IMG/VR virus record: IMGVR_UViG_3300033066_000778
Coordinates: 89,959 to 153,958 of that record
Reading direction: 5' to 3' (one strand)
Source of the DNA: a virus
Taxonomy: Duplodnaviria > Caudoviricetes
DNA length: 64,000 bases
Each line of letters opens with the position of its first letter. The first letter of the stretch is position 1. Under the pieces are notes generated by a model. It had not been told where the DNA came from. It saw only the letters and a program-made list of their open reading frames with translations, and ran no database searches. A program made the translations under genes and the position numbers. Of this stretch, positions 45,864-55,772 are shown piece by piece.

Positions 45864-47453
45864 ATGAACTACTACACGATTGCAACGATAATCCGCTCTA
45901 TCACTTATGATTGTTGTAATTGTAAGATGAGTTTAGCTCCGTCTATTCAAGTAAGAGCTAAAGTACATAATAGGCCGTCTAACTATCATAGGCCGTCTAA
46001 CTATCCTCACTACATGAGTTTCTGTGCTACTTGCTTCAAACATTTAATGGAGCAAGCTAATGTATATGTAGTTACAAGACGGCATATAGATTTAATGGCA
46101 GAGATCTATGACAGCACTGATAATACAAGACTTTACTGACTCCATCTTCTGGCGTTGTCGTATATGTGAATGCTCAACAAGAGAAACAGTTGGTTATCAA
46201 CTATTAAGGGATCGTAATTTTGTACCGTCAGTAATTTGTGTATATTGCACGAAGAATCAAGTCAGTAGTTACCCTACATATACTACTCATATTAGATTCC
46301 GTGAATTTCAACTGCTTGCCCAGAAGTTTTTGAAAGACTGATATGTATAATATAATCCGTGACTTTCTAGTAGACACGTCATGGGTGTGTAGTGAATGTG
46401 ACATAAGAGATATAAATACTGTTGGCGTAGAAGTAAAAAACTCCATTATAGGAGCCCTACCATCGGTGTATTGTCTAAACTGCTTTCTACGTAAGTTAAA
46501 AGGTATGGACACATATGCTCTTCGTATTAAGAATTCTGAATTAGAAAGTCTCATTACAAAATATGTATTCCTTAATTGAAGATGCAATTGTCGATAGTGA
46601 AGACCAATGGGGATGTGACGATTGTAAAAGATCAATCGTTACGTCTATGAAACTTACACGACGGAATGAAGGCATAACTATTAGAGGTTACGTTTCATGT
46701 GTTCGCTGCCTTAGAAAATTATTCCTTAGCCAACCAGTTTATGCATACAAAATGAAGAAAAAAGATTTTAGTGCCTTAGTTAAACTCTTCAGAAACAGAA
46801 AATGATAATAAAATACATTCAGCATGAAATAAAAACTATGTGGAAGGGAAGATGCTTTTTCTGTAGACGATGCGTAAGCTATTTTGTAGCTATCTACGAA
46901 AAAGACGGAGGTAGATGGAGTTGTATGCGCTGTCTGAAAAAAAACTTGACTACTGCATACGTAAGTGATATACCTATTCGTGACTTTAAGGCTATTGTAC
47001 TTAAGCTAAAGTTAAAATGAATATAGAATCTTATGTAGCTAATGATTCACAAGGTGTTCCTTGTTTATACTGTCACAACTGTCACAGTCGATCAACAGAA
47101 GTTGTTATTGGTTTAAGATCTCATAGTATATGGGCTGTCTGTATCCCATGCCTAAGAAAACATATTACAAACATAACGATATGTTATATGGCCTTAGGTA
47201 ACTTTAAGGCCCTTATAAACAGATTGAACTTAACATGAATGTACAAGCATACATAAGAGAAGATCCGTATAAAGCACCATGTTACTATTGCCAAAGTTTT
47301 CATAAGGCATTTGTTTATGGAGTATTACACTTAGAGTATGTATACTACATTTGTATTCCATGTTTTAAAAAACACATGTCAGAAACTACTATATGTCGAC
47401 TTCGTCGCAGCCACTTTAAGGAACTGGTGCTAGACATGAAACTAAAGAGGTGA
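45864..47453 (+). other. seven tandem CxxC...CxxC Zn-finger paralogs
   Basis: ORFs 45864, 46108, 46343, 46563, 46802, 47017, 47235, each ending in a Y..(I/L)...(D/E)F..L(V/I)-like segment. Confidence 0.75.
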
Positions 47454-48450
47454 GTATGTCAACAGGTTATTGGCCCGTACTTCCTATGCAAGCAAAGACT
47501 GGCTATAAGTTATTTGAAATGACGGATGAAGTTGTAAAGCAAATAACTGCGTCAAATAACTTCATATTCACCTATCATGTTTGTTCTGTATGTGAAAGGA
47601 AAGTTACTTTTAGTAAAGGTAACTATTTACGGTTCTCATATAATTATATGAGTGATGAACTTCCTTCACCTGAGTATAGTAATGACGATTTGAATTTCTG
47701 GCTCAGTAGACTTAAGATCCAACTAATACACACGAATAGATATAGCTTTACTCCTATAGGGTTACTAGCTCTTTGCTCAGAGCAATGTTTGGATCTGCAA
47801 ACGCTCCAACAAGGTGAAGATAGTAATGATTCAACGTTCTTATTCTAGAGTGAATCTGTAATGTCAAAGTTAGGATTAGGATCAGGACTTAACCTTGATA
47901 CAAAAGTCTTTAAGATAGACAACCTCTCTATACATACCATAGCAAAAGAAAGACAAAGAGAAAGATACTGCTGTGTTTGCTACGGTGAAAAGGTATGTGA
48001 ATACTACGTAGAGTTTAGCATACGAAGAAAAGTAGGTTACAATGAGTTTCCTGTTTATACAATAGAAGATATATGCTCGGATACCTGCTGTGATATTGTA
48101 CGGTTAAGGTTTAATCTAGTATGATAACAAAGTTTCTCATTACAAAAAAGTTTCGTGCTCGTTATGAAAAGAAACTTACGATAGGACCAATATACTCTCC
48201 GTGGTGTTGGAAGAACATCTCTCCTCCAGTATGTGATATTTGCGGTGAGTTACTTCCTTCAATAGCTACATACTACTTTGTTATTTCACACCATAAAGCA
48301 ATCATGCCCATTAAACCTGAATACGAAGACTGGTGTCTAAGAATTTATTCTTCACAAGCACACATGGGCTCGGCTGAAGGAGTATATAAAGCTTTCTTTA
48401 TCCATGGTCCCCATAAGCCGTGCAAAGATCTTCTACCACTTCGTTATTAA
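47450..48450 (+). other. three further FCS-type Zn-finger genes
   Basis: 47450 (CSVC..LCSEQCLDL), 47861 (CCVC..ICSDTCCDIVRLR), 48121 (CDIC..HKPCKDLLPLR). Confidence 0.65.
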
Positions 48451-48527
48451 CCCCCTTGAAAAGTAACCTCAAACGTATATATTAACCCTTGCGACCGGAT
48501 AGGTCGTCCATTCCAAAGGAGTACATC

Positions 48528-48920
48528 ATGAACACAAAGAGAAGAGAACACGTTGAAAACTGCCGTAAGGCTTTCGAAGAATTCATGGCGACGAAACCGC
48601 CTGTTATCATCCGCTATATCAAGCGGGGAGCCACCAAGAAGAAGGGCGTAGTCATCGTAGTCAAGAGGGAAGAGGATGAAGAGCCGTACATCGGATGGTC
48701 CCTGTGCCGTAATAAGGAACCCTTCAACAAGTACATTGGTCTTCACCTTGCCATCGAGAGGGCATTCAAGTCTTATCAGGTAGCTGAGGAAGAGGATCTT
48801 ACTAAGCTTATCCCGGTTACGGTATGGAAGGAGCTTGATAAGATGTCCGAAGACGTTGATAAGAAGTTTAAGCTAAGCCCTGAGAAGACGGAACAGATCG
48901 AGTCCACGGACATTTACTAA
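48528..48920 (+). CDS. hypothetical phage protein
   Basis: AAGGAG RBS; IGWSLC...FNKYIGL..A..RA. Confidence 0.65.
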   Translation: MNTKRREHVENCRKAFEEFMATKPPVIIRYIKRGATKKKGVVIVVKREEDEEPYIGWSLCRNKEPFNKYIGLHLAIERAFKSYQVAEEEDLTKLIPVTVWKELDKMSEDVDKKFKLSPEKTEQIESTDIY

Positions 48921-49103
48921 TGGGTTGCTCTAACCCTTACTGCGCTAGCTGTACAAGAGAAGACATAATAAAGCAATGTGAGGAAGAGTATAAGAAACCT
49001 CTAGAAGAACTGAAGAAACTAGTAAGAGCACACCTAGACGGTATAGACGCTAACTCTACATGCGGTTATTCAGAAGAGGTATTACGCGAATGGATGGATA
49101 AGA

Positions 49104-49634
49104 ATGCGTAGTGTAGTACTATCCTTAAAACAATTTGGAGTTAGTTTTCACGTAAGTAACTTCAATACGTATACGTGTGCATACTGTAATAACATCGCAA
49201 GGATGTACTTCTCCCTGAAAACAAAAGTTGGAAAGGTACTGTTTAATACGGATGCCTTCCGTAGTCAGCATAACAGAGCTTTCTGTTCCATTACCTGCTT
49301 CAAAAGATTTTGTTTTCAGGAGATGTTTAAAAACAGAATGGGTTATCACGATGTACTGGAACAGTTACTTAATGATCTAAACCCTGTAGTAATAGTAAAG
49401 GAGTATGAAACTTGTACCGTTAAACTAGAGAAAGGCTTCTCAAAAGATGGTACAGTAATACTCAGTCTCTCCCCTTACTTCAATAAAAAAGGAGAAGACA
49501 GTAAAAGAGATAGAGTAGAGATGGATTGGACCGTAAGGGTATACGTCTTTAGGGGACAAGACGCTCAAGACTTTGGTGAAACACTACTGTCATTAGTGAG
49601 AGACAATGTCGAACAGACTACCACCGACGCTTAA
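49104..49634 (+). CDS. long-form FCS Zn-finger protein
   Basis: KQFG...CAYC...FCSITCFK. Confidence 0.65.
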   Translation: MRSVVLSLKQFGVSFHVSNFNTYTCAYCNNIARMYFSLKTKVGKVLFNTDAFRSQHNRAFCSITCFKRFCFQEMFKNRMGYHDVLEQLLNDLNPVVIVKEYETCTVKLEKGFSKDGTVILSLSPYFNKKGEDSKRDRVEMDWTVRVYVFRGQDAQDFGETLLSLVRDNVEQTTTDA

Positions 49635-50124
49635 AGTAATCAAGTTTGGCCCCTTTTTCGTAAATGTTAAAGGGGCCATTCACCCTTGTGTGGTATGCTC
49701 AGTACCAACATGCTTTAGAGTACCGTTTAATCAGAAGGTAGCTAAAGCTCTATTCGCACGATCATCAGGTCAATCCTATATGTCCCAGACTAAGAGCTAT
49801 ATCTGTTCCGTTAACTGTCTTAAAGCACAGATCTCAGAGAAGCTCTTTAGTCTATCTATTAAACCTACACCAGAGGTTGAAGACTTTCTACTAAACGCCA
49901 AGGATTCTGGCGTAACTTTTAAGTACACACAGACAAAGTTAAAGAACAACATTATAGAAAACCATGTAACCTCTATCTACCAGTTAGATCACAATAACTT
50001 TCTCGTAATTAAAGCGTATAAGTATCTTAACCCAGGATACAACTGGAGAGGTGACGTAGCTATAATGGATATGGAGAACTTCCTAGCTTACAGGGAAGGT
50101 ATTACTTCACTACAGATAGGATAG
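49606..50124 (+). CDS. long-form FCS Zn-finger protein
   Basis: KFGPF...CVVC...ICSVNCLK. Confidence 0.65.
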   Translation: MSNRLPPTLKVIKFGPFFVNVKGAIHPCVVCSVPTCFRVPFNQKVAKALFARSSGQSYMSQTKSYICSVNCLKAQISEKLFSLSIKPTPEVEDFLLNAKDSGVTFKYTQTKLKNNIIENHVTSIYQLDHNNFLVIKAYKYLNPGYNWRGDVAIMDMENFLAYREGITSLQIG

Positions 50125-50740
50125 CCATCTTAAACAAAAGGAGAGAGTAATCCTTCATAAAGTAGGGGTTACTCTCTTCCCACCGTTTACTAATTAGTTT
50201 GGTAGAGGGATCTCTACCTTCGAAGAATGAGTTGATGCAAAACAGTATCAACTCATTTTTGTTTTTATACTTGTTCAAACTAATTACTTTATCTATTATT
50301 AGCGATTGCAATGAGTTAAGGTACGTATAATCGAATTGATTTGAGTTTACAAAGATCTTGTTATCTACGATTTCAGACTCAGTTAGCTCCGAGTTAAGAT
50401 CAGTAAGGTATACAAAGATCGGTTTCTTATTTTTCATTCGATGGTAATGAGTCTTAAAGCTCCAAGACGTTACTTTTACAACAATCGCTATAACCTGGGC
50501 TGGTACTACGGAGATGTCCATTAGCTTTGGTAAGACCGTATAGACATCCAGTCGTACTTGTTGTTGTATGTCTTGGTAGTCCTCATGGTGTTTGTTCTTT
50601 AAGCTCGATGCAATCTTACTAAGTACATTAACGATGAGAGGATCCAATGTCGAATAGATTGTTGTTATCAGTTCCGGTGTTGGCGAGGTCTTGTAAGCTT
50701 GGAACTCGTTGGCAATCACAGCATCGTCTAAACGGAGCAT
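50102..50740 (-). CDS. divergent sigma-70 region-2-like protein
   Basis: LIVNVLSKI...DYQDIQQQVRLDVYTVLPK...IVVKVTSWSFKTHYHR resembles ECF region 2. Confidence 0.5.
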   Translation of the reverse strand: MLRLDDAVIANEFQAYKTSPTPELITTIYSTLDPLIVNVLSKIASSLKNKHHEDYQDIQQQVRLDVYTVLPKLMDISVVPAQVIAIVVKVTSWSFKTHYHRMKNKKPIFVYLTDLNSELTESEIVDNKIFVNSNQFDYTYLNSLQSLIIDKVISLNKYKNKNELILFCINSFFEGRDPSTKLISKRWEESNPYFMKDYSLLLFKMAILSVVK

Positions 50741-50753
50741 ACACACCTTGGGG

Positions 50754-50770
50754 ATGGGAATCGAACCCAT
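50754..50770 (+). repeat. dispersed ATRGGAATCGAACC motif, copy 6
   Basis: ATGGGAATCGAACCCAT (perfect 5-bp T-arm-like palindrome). Confidence 0.8.
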
Positions 50771-50811
50771 CAGGTAGATTTTTTGAGTAAATATCATATC
50801 ATTGCTACTAA

Positions 50812-51321
50812 TTACTTTAATTGTTGTTCTAATTCTTTTATTCTTTTCTTTGCTAAGCTTAGCTTAAACCTGTTCCTAGCTAGTTCAAAGCAAAGTTTCG
50901 TAATGTCAGTTCTGCTATTCGCTATAAACTCAGCATCAGCTTCATTACTGGCGAGGATGTTACTGCCATTCGGTAACTCGATCATAAGGCAACCTGGAGC
51001 ACATTCCCAAGGACCGGGAGACGCCCTTGAAGCCCTTCGTTCAATATCATAGAACTTGGTAAGCGTAAGAGCCGACCTTCTGTATAAGGAGGCAAGGTTC
51101 TTTGGTTGTTTAGGTTTGCGCTTAATTGCTTTAAGCTTTCGTACTCGTCGCTTACATTGGTTAAGAGCTAACTCTAAGTTATCTATTTGTTCTCTTAGCT
51201 CATTGTCATGCGTCTTCAAAAGAAGTAAATAGTTTAAATACTTCTCAAGATTAACATTCTTCCAATCGGCTAACGATGTTAAACACGTTTCAAATTGTTT
51301 TCTTGTTAGTGAATATTTCAT
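50812..51321 (-). CDS. coiled-coil + Ead/Ea22-like domain protein
   Basis: RASPGPW...DAEFIANSRTDI. Confidence 0.55.
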   Translation of the reverse strand: MKYSLTRKQFETCLTSLADWKNVNLEKYLNYLLLLKTHDNELREQIDNLELALNQCKRRVRKLKAIKRKPKQPKNLASLYRRSALTLTKFYDIERRASRASPGPWECAPGCLMIELPNGSNILASNEADAEFIANSRTDITKLCFELARNRFKLSLAKKRIKELEQQLK

Positions 51322-51366
51322 TCCGTAACTAATATAAACTAAATGTGTTATAAGTCAAGTAAACAC

Positions 51367-51397
51367 AAAAAAGCCGTAAGGGTAACACCTTACGGCA
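51367..51397 (-). terminator. intrinsic terminator
   Basis: gccgtaagg/ccttacggc with a U-tract on the minus strand. Confidence 0.7.
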
Positions 51398-51678
51398 TGG
51401 AGGGATGCTCCTTTTCCGGCGTCTATATTATTAGAATTGATCCCGTTTTTCTTTGACTGTTGACATTGCTAGATCGGCAAGAGCGAGAGCCTTCTCAACC
51501 AATCTGTTTTCATTCCATTCAGCGGTGGTTGGGCTATTGACTAATCCCGTGTAAGCGGTTCGGAAGTAATCCTCCCAAATATCGAAATCAGTTTCAAAGA
51601 AACCCATTGAAACGTTTTGACTATTAGCCGCACAACAATCGTCGGCTCTATTTACAGCGGTGTTATTATCTTCCATCA

Positions 51679-52104
51679 TTAGTCCTTTACGCTTGATCCA
51701 CTATAATCACGTTCGGGGGGGATAGTTAGCTTATGACGAACTGCGAAGTAAATGAGATTGTTCTTGATTTCCTTACGCCACTTCCTACGCTGTTCACGGC
51801 TGTAAAGATCTTTCTTCGGTGTGATATTAGCTAGAACGCTCTTCGCTGCCCTTGAATAAACGTTATCTAGTTCCTTGATCGGTGGAGTAATTGACGAGAC
51901 TTTAACAATTGACTTTGCGATACCGAGGGGGGAAAGGCATCCAATATCATTGTTTTCTACGACGATGGCTGACTTTGCTGTTCTACGAACTGCGTAAGCA
52001 TAACCAAGTTGAACGTTATCCATCCATACCTTGTTAAAAACTGATTGAAGGATTTCCTGTTCGGTTGGAACAGGGGCTGTTGGTTTTACTGTCTTCTTAG
52101 CCAT
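51679..52104 (-). CDS. hypothetical protein
   Basis: 141 aa, AAGGAG RBS. Confidence 0.65.
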   Translation of the reverse strand: MAKKTVKPTAPVPTEQEILQSVFNKVWMDNVQLGYAYAVRRTAKSAIVVENNDIGCLSPLGIAKSIVKVSSITPPIKELDNVYSRAAKSVLANITPKKDLYSREQRRKWRKEIKNNLIYFAVRHKLTIPPERDYSGSSVKD

Positions 52105-52172
52105 TAGATCTCCTTTAAGTGATACCCAAATATGAGGTCTATTGGCGGATTACGCAAGGGGTTTATAACACT

Positions 52173-52979
52173 TTACTTTCTAAATCGGTCAGCTACTTTC
52201 CTGAACTTTGTGATGGCATACCGAAGATGCCCCTTCTTTTCCTCGTCAGATTGACCTACTTTATGTCGTTGTGCTAAATACCTGTTTATTCTAACCTTAA
52301 ATTGATTATCTACAGCAGTTGGAACTTTACCATGTGTGTAAGAAGACACGATTTGTTCTCCTACGTGCGGAAAAGATCCAACAAGAGTATCAATATGTGC
52401 TTCAGCTTCATCGTCTAAACGCTGAGAAGCTTCTTGATTCTGTATAGCTGGGCGTTCAACCTTATCTATACCCTTCGTTGCCCGGTCCCATGCCCCTCGT
52501 CCAGCTGCTCTTCCTGCTTCTGATGGTTGCGCTTCATTAAGGTCTAGGCTAAATACTGAATCAATAAAACTTTCAGGTAATGGAAGACCGGGTTTAAACG
52601 TGTCTTCTCTTAGTATTGCTTCTAAATACTTTAGAGCATCTTTCCTGGGCGTTTCATGTTCTTGAATGATATTAGTAATAGCCTCGAAAAGACTCTCACT
52701 AAACATCTTTTGTTTGTCTTTCTTGGACTTCTTCTTATGACAAGACTTACAAAGTATTTGTGTTTTCTTAATCTCTTTGGAGCGATTCTCCTTAGAATGA
52801 CTCCAGATCTTATGACCATCCCTATTTCGTTTAGGGGTCTTATGATCTAAATCTGCGGTTGAACTCGAAACTGGTTTTCCGCAACGGGCGCACTTCTTCC
52901 CTTTAAAGTGATCTACTCTACGTTTATGAATCCATTTCCTTTGGAATTCGCGCTGTTTAGCTGGATCTTTATATGGCAT
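52173..52979 (-). CDS. HNH-domain protein fused to a putative head-protein segment
   Basis: CARCG...DLDHK...QILCKSCH, then MFSE/LFE/IIQE/ILRE/LNE. Confidence 0.7.
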   Translation of the reverse strand: MPYKDPAKQREFQRKWIHKRRVDHFKGKKCARCGKPVSSSTADLDHKTPKRNRDGHKIWSHSKENRSKEIKKTQILCKSCHKKKSKKDKQKMFSESLFEAITNIIQEHETPRKDALKYLEAILREDTFKPGLPLPESFIDSVFSLDLNEAQPSEAGRAAGRGAWDRATKGIDKVERPAIQNQEASQRLDDEAEAHIDTLVGSFPHVGEQIVSSYTHGKVPTAVDNQFKVRINRYLAQRHKVGQSDEEKKGHLRYAITKFRKVADRFRK

Positions 52980-52981
52980 TA

Positions 52982-54646
52982 TTAATCACCAGAAGCGAGC
53001 CAGTGTCGCCTATACTCATCTGCTTGAGAATCCGATAAATTTGCCCACTCAATCGGCGATATCTCGTCACGCCGAGGTATTTTTGCCTTAGCTGGACTTT
53101 GGGTTGTGGGTGGTGCAACTGGTTTTGTCACGGTAGAAGGCGTCTCCGCTGTGGACTTTGGTTTAGCTAAAAAAGAAGGAACTTTTCCAGCAGCTCTTAG
53201 TTTTTCCAGCTCTATCCTATTTTTTTCATCGTGCTTTTTCCATACTTCTGGGTCGTAAACTTCATTCAACATACTAGATAAATTTTGGTAAGAACAAGAC
53301 TCATTGAAGTCTGGATCATTTACTGGTTTATACTTAGTTCCACGTTTTAAACCATAAGCTTCTGCTTTAACTCTATTTTTATCTCGTCTGAACTCGCGAG
53401 TCCAACGGTCAACACGCTGATCTTCCCTACGGGGAGAGTAGGGATGACTCATATGCTCTTTTTCTTCTTTCTTATGCTGGTCACTAAGTATACCAGATAC
53501 ATACGTTGACATATTACGCTTAATTGGTTTAATACTTGGCCCTTCAGGAGCCTCACCAGGAACTTTAATTGCTTTAGCAACCTTAGTTACTGCGTTACCT
53601 AGTATTTCTTTAAACCCTTCATTAATGATGCCCTGTAAATTTATTTCTGAATTACTACGATTCTCATTCGTTACTTCTTCTGTATAAGTAGAAGGAATTC
53701 TTTGTTCCTTACCCTGATTCATCCTAAGTCGTTTAATACTCGTAACACGATTTACAGCATCTTCCATGCTTAGGTCTTTTACTTTTCCACCTTGACGAAG
53801 GAAAGCCGGTAGGTCATAATCCTTATCAAGTGTTTCTGGGGTGGTAGCGCCATAAGCACTGGTAGCCTTTTGCGCGTTATCATAGGCACTACTAGCTTTA
53901 GTAGCCGACGCACCCTTGTTGACGTTACCCTTAGATGTCTTAACAAGGTTACTTAGTTTAGTCTTAGCCCATGAACCTGCGTCACTAAGCCAACCCTCAT
54001 CCAACATTGATTGTAAATTGTTATAACTGTTATCCATCGTATTTTCCTCTGCTCTATTCTTTCCTTTATTTAACCGTTCAATCTTTCTCTTTGTATCCCC
54101 AAGTGAACCAATAAGTACTCTTTTTTTGCTTTCGGATTTAGACCGGGCAATTAACTGTTCTTCTCGGGCCTGTGTTCTAAACAAAAAAGGACCATACCCT
54201 TCACTATCATACCCGGTAGGAGCACCGTACATATGAAATGGTATAGAATCGTCTTTATCACGATTTTCTGCACGGTTGTCTTCTTCTTCTTTAATCGCGT
54301 CTAGTTTTGTCTTATGTACTACTCCGTCCTTATGTTGAGGAGGGGAGTAAATAGTATAGAGCTTGAGTAAGGTCTTTCCAACGTTAAACACGTTATGCTT
54401 GGTTCCTGCTGGAACGATGAAAGCATCACCATCGGAGACTTTATTTTCTTCGCCTGCGATTACGGCGTTACCTTCACCTTGCTCAACACGGAAAAACTGA
54501 TCAACCTTATGTACCTCATCACCAATATCTTGATTTGGTTTAAGTGACATAAGGGAGAGTTGAGAATGTTTTCCCGTAAAAGCAATTTTACGGAAATTCG
54601 TATTACTCTTAGTCAGTTTTTCAATATTGTCTTTGAAGTATTTCAT
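52982..54646 (-). CDS. cupin domain fused to a long disordered segment with repeated NLxx(M/I)(L/I)xE motifs
   Basis: DIGDEVH..DQFFRVEQG...VPAGTKHNV...YSPPQH. Confidence 0.85.
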   Translation of the reverse strand: MKYFKDNIEKLTKSNTNFRKIAFTGKHSQLSLMSLKPNQDIGDEVHKVDQFFRVEQGEGNAVIAGEENKVSDGDAFIVPAGTKHNVFNVGKTLLKLYTIYSPPQHKDGVVHKTKLDAIKEEEDNRAENRDKDDSIPFHMYGAPTGYDSEGYGPFLFRTQAREEQLIARSKSESKKRVLIGSLGDTKRKIERLNKGKNRAEENTMDNSYNNLQSMLDEGWLSDAGSWAKTKLSNLVKTSKGNVNKGASATKASSAYDNAQKATSAYGATTPETLDKDYDLPAFLRQGGKVKDLSMEDAVNRVTSIKRLRMNQGKEQRIPSTYTEEVTNENRSNSEINLQGIINEGFKEILGNAVTKVAKAIKVPGEAPEGPSIKPIKRNMSTYVSGILSDQHKKEEKEHMSHPYSPRREDQRVDRWTREFRRDKNRVKAEAYGLKRGTKYKPVNDPDFNESCSYQNLSSMLNEVYDPEVWKKHDEKNRIELEKLRAAGKVPSFLAKPKSTAETPSTVTKPVAPPTTQSPAKAKIPRRDEISPIEWANLSDSQADEYRRHWLASGD

Positions 54647-55009
54647 TTAGATAGGAAACTTCTCGTCTATATCCTTGCTTTCTTCACACTGTTTAAGGGC
54701 AAGTTGGGCAGCAAGGAGTTCATGCTCAACTTGAATCTTAGCCTGCACCATGTCGAAGTACTTAGTCTTCCAATCGTCAAGTTCTTTTCTTAACGTGGAT
54801 ATTTCTTTTTGAAGTTCTTCTTTCTCTTTACGAAGTTCAGCCATTAAGCGTTCTTCGACCGCAGATAAACGATCTTGTAAACTCTGTTTTGCTCCGTATT
54901 TATGGTCCAGAAACTTAGTGATCACGCCACCACTTAAAGCAGCAAGAATGGCTTGCCACCATCCATCACCGGGGCCTGGGGCTAACATATTAGGATCCGG
55001 TATTGGCAT
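54647..55009 (-). CDS. TM + coiled-coil protein (lysis-cassette-like)
   Basis: N-terminal hydrophobic helix, heptads. Confidence 0.55.
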   Translation of the reverse strand: MPIPDPNMLAPGPGDGWWQAILAALSGGVITKFLDHKYGAKQSLQDRLSAVEERLMAELRKEKEELQKEISTLRKELDDWKTKYFDMVQAKIQVEHELLAAQLALKQCEESKDIDEKFPI

Positions 55010-55051
55010 TAAGGTCTCCTAGTTTAAGATAAGCGAGGGCATTACCCAAAG

Positions 55052-55372
55052 CTAGAGCCCACTAGAATTACTTTGATGAAACCATGCTACTGCTGCAAGA
55101 AAGCTCCAAAATAGTAACCCCCCGAACGCGGCTGCTTTGCGTTGACCGTGATTATCATTGTATACTGCTATTATCTGGCAGGAGGCTCCAAGTATAACAC
55201 TAAAACTAAATAGATACATGTAAAAGAGAAAGTCTGTCGGCATCATCGTCTGTACATCATGTTTTGACATCAATATTATATACCAGATAGCAGCGAGGCC
55301 AGACATTCCTTCCAATATTTCTGTATCTTGATCCATTAAAGAATCAAACAAGTGTTCTACTATTTTACGCAT
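55052..55372 (-). CDS. multi-TM membrane protein, C-terminus apparently frameshifted
   Basis: paralog of 55365..55772; the missing tail ALGNALAYLKLG is in another frame. Confidence 0.55.
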   Translation of the reverse strand: MRKIVEHLFDSLMDQDTEILEGMSGLAAIWYIILMSKHDVQTMMPTDFLFYMYLFSFSVILGASCQIIAVYNDNHGQRKAAAFGGLLFWSFLAAVAWFHQSNSSGL

Positions 55373-55772
55373 GGTATCTCCTATCCACTACGAAGCCACC
55401 TAATCTAATATAAGAAATAGCAGAAAAAATAGCGCATAGTGGTGCGGAGATTACGCCGATAACAGGTTGGAAACTTAAAAACATAAAGTAACTTATAAGT
55501 GACCAACCGCAGACACCAGCGAGAGAAAGAACACGTCTCAAAGTATTTAGCTCTAATATGTAAGCAATCAAGCCAGAAATACCAAATGTAAGAAGAGAAA
55601 TTCCCCAATAAAAATCAGGAAGAAATTTAATCATTGATTGGAAGGCTGGACTAACCTGTACTTTGTCTCTAAAACAAAGTAGTAAAAGACCCCACCCTAC
55701 TGCATTCAAAACACATTTAAGTTCTTGTAGTTCAGCGTAAGGACCAGTAAGTCTATGAAATACTTTAGACAT
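55365..55772 (-). CDS. four-TM membrane protein (holin-like candidate)
   Basis: hydropathy pattern. Confidence 0.6.
   Translation of the reverse strand: MSKVFHRLTGPYAELQELKCVLNAVGWGLLLLCFRDKVQVSPAFQSMIKFLPDFYWGISLLTFGISGLIAYILELNTLRRVLSLAGVCGWSLISYFMFLSFQPVIGVISAPLCAIFSAISYIRLGGFVVDRRYHA

Noticed and set aside
45969-46005. 18-bp tandem duplication (RPSNY twice)
   Set aside because: An in-frame slippage duplication with no further structure.
27194-50770. CRISPR array or intact tRNA genes at the GGAATCGAACC motif
   Set aside because: Spacing is kilobases and irregular; no acceptor, D or anticodon arms flank the copies.
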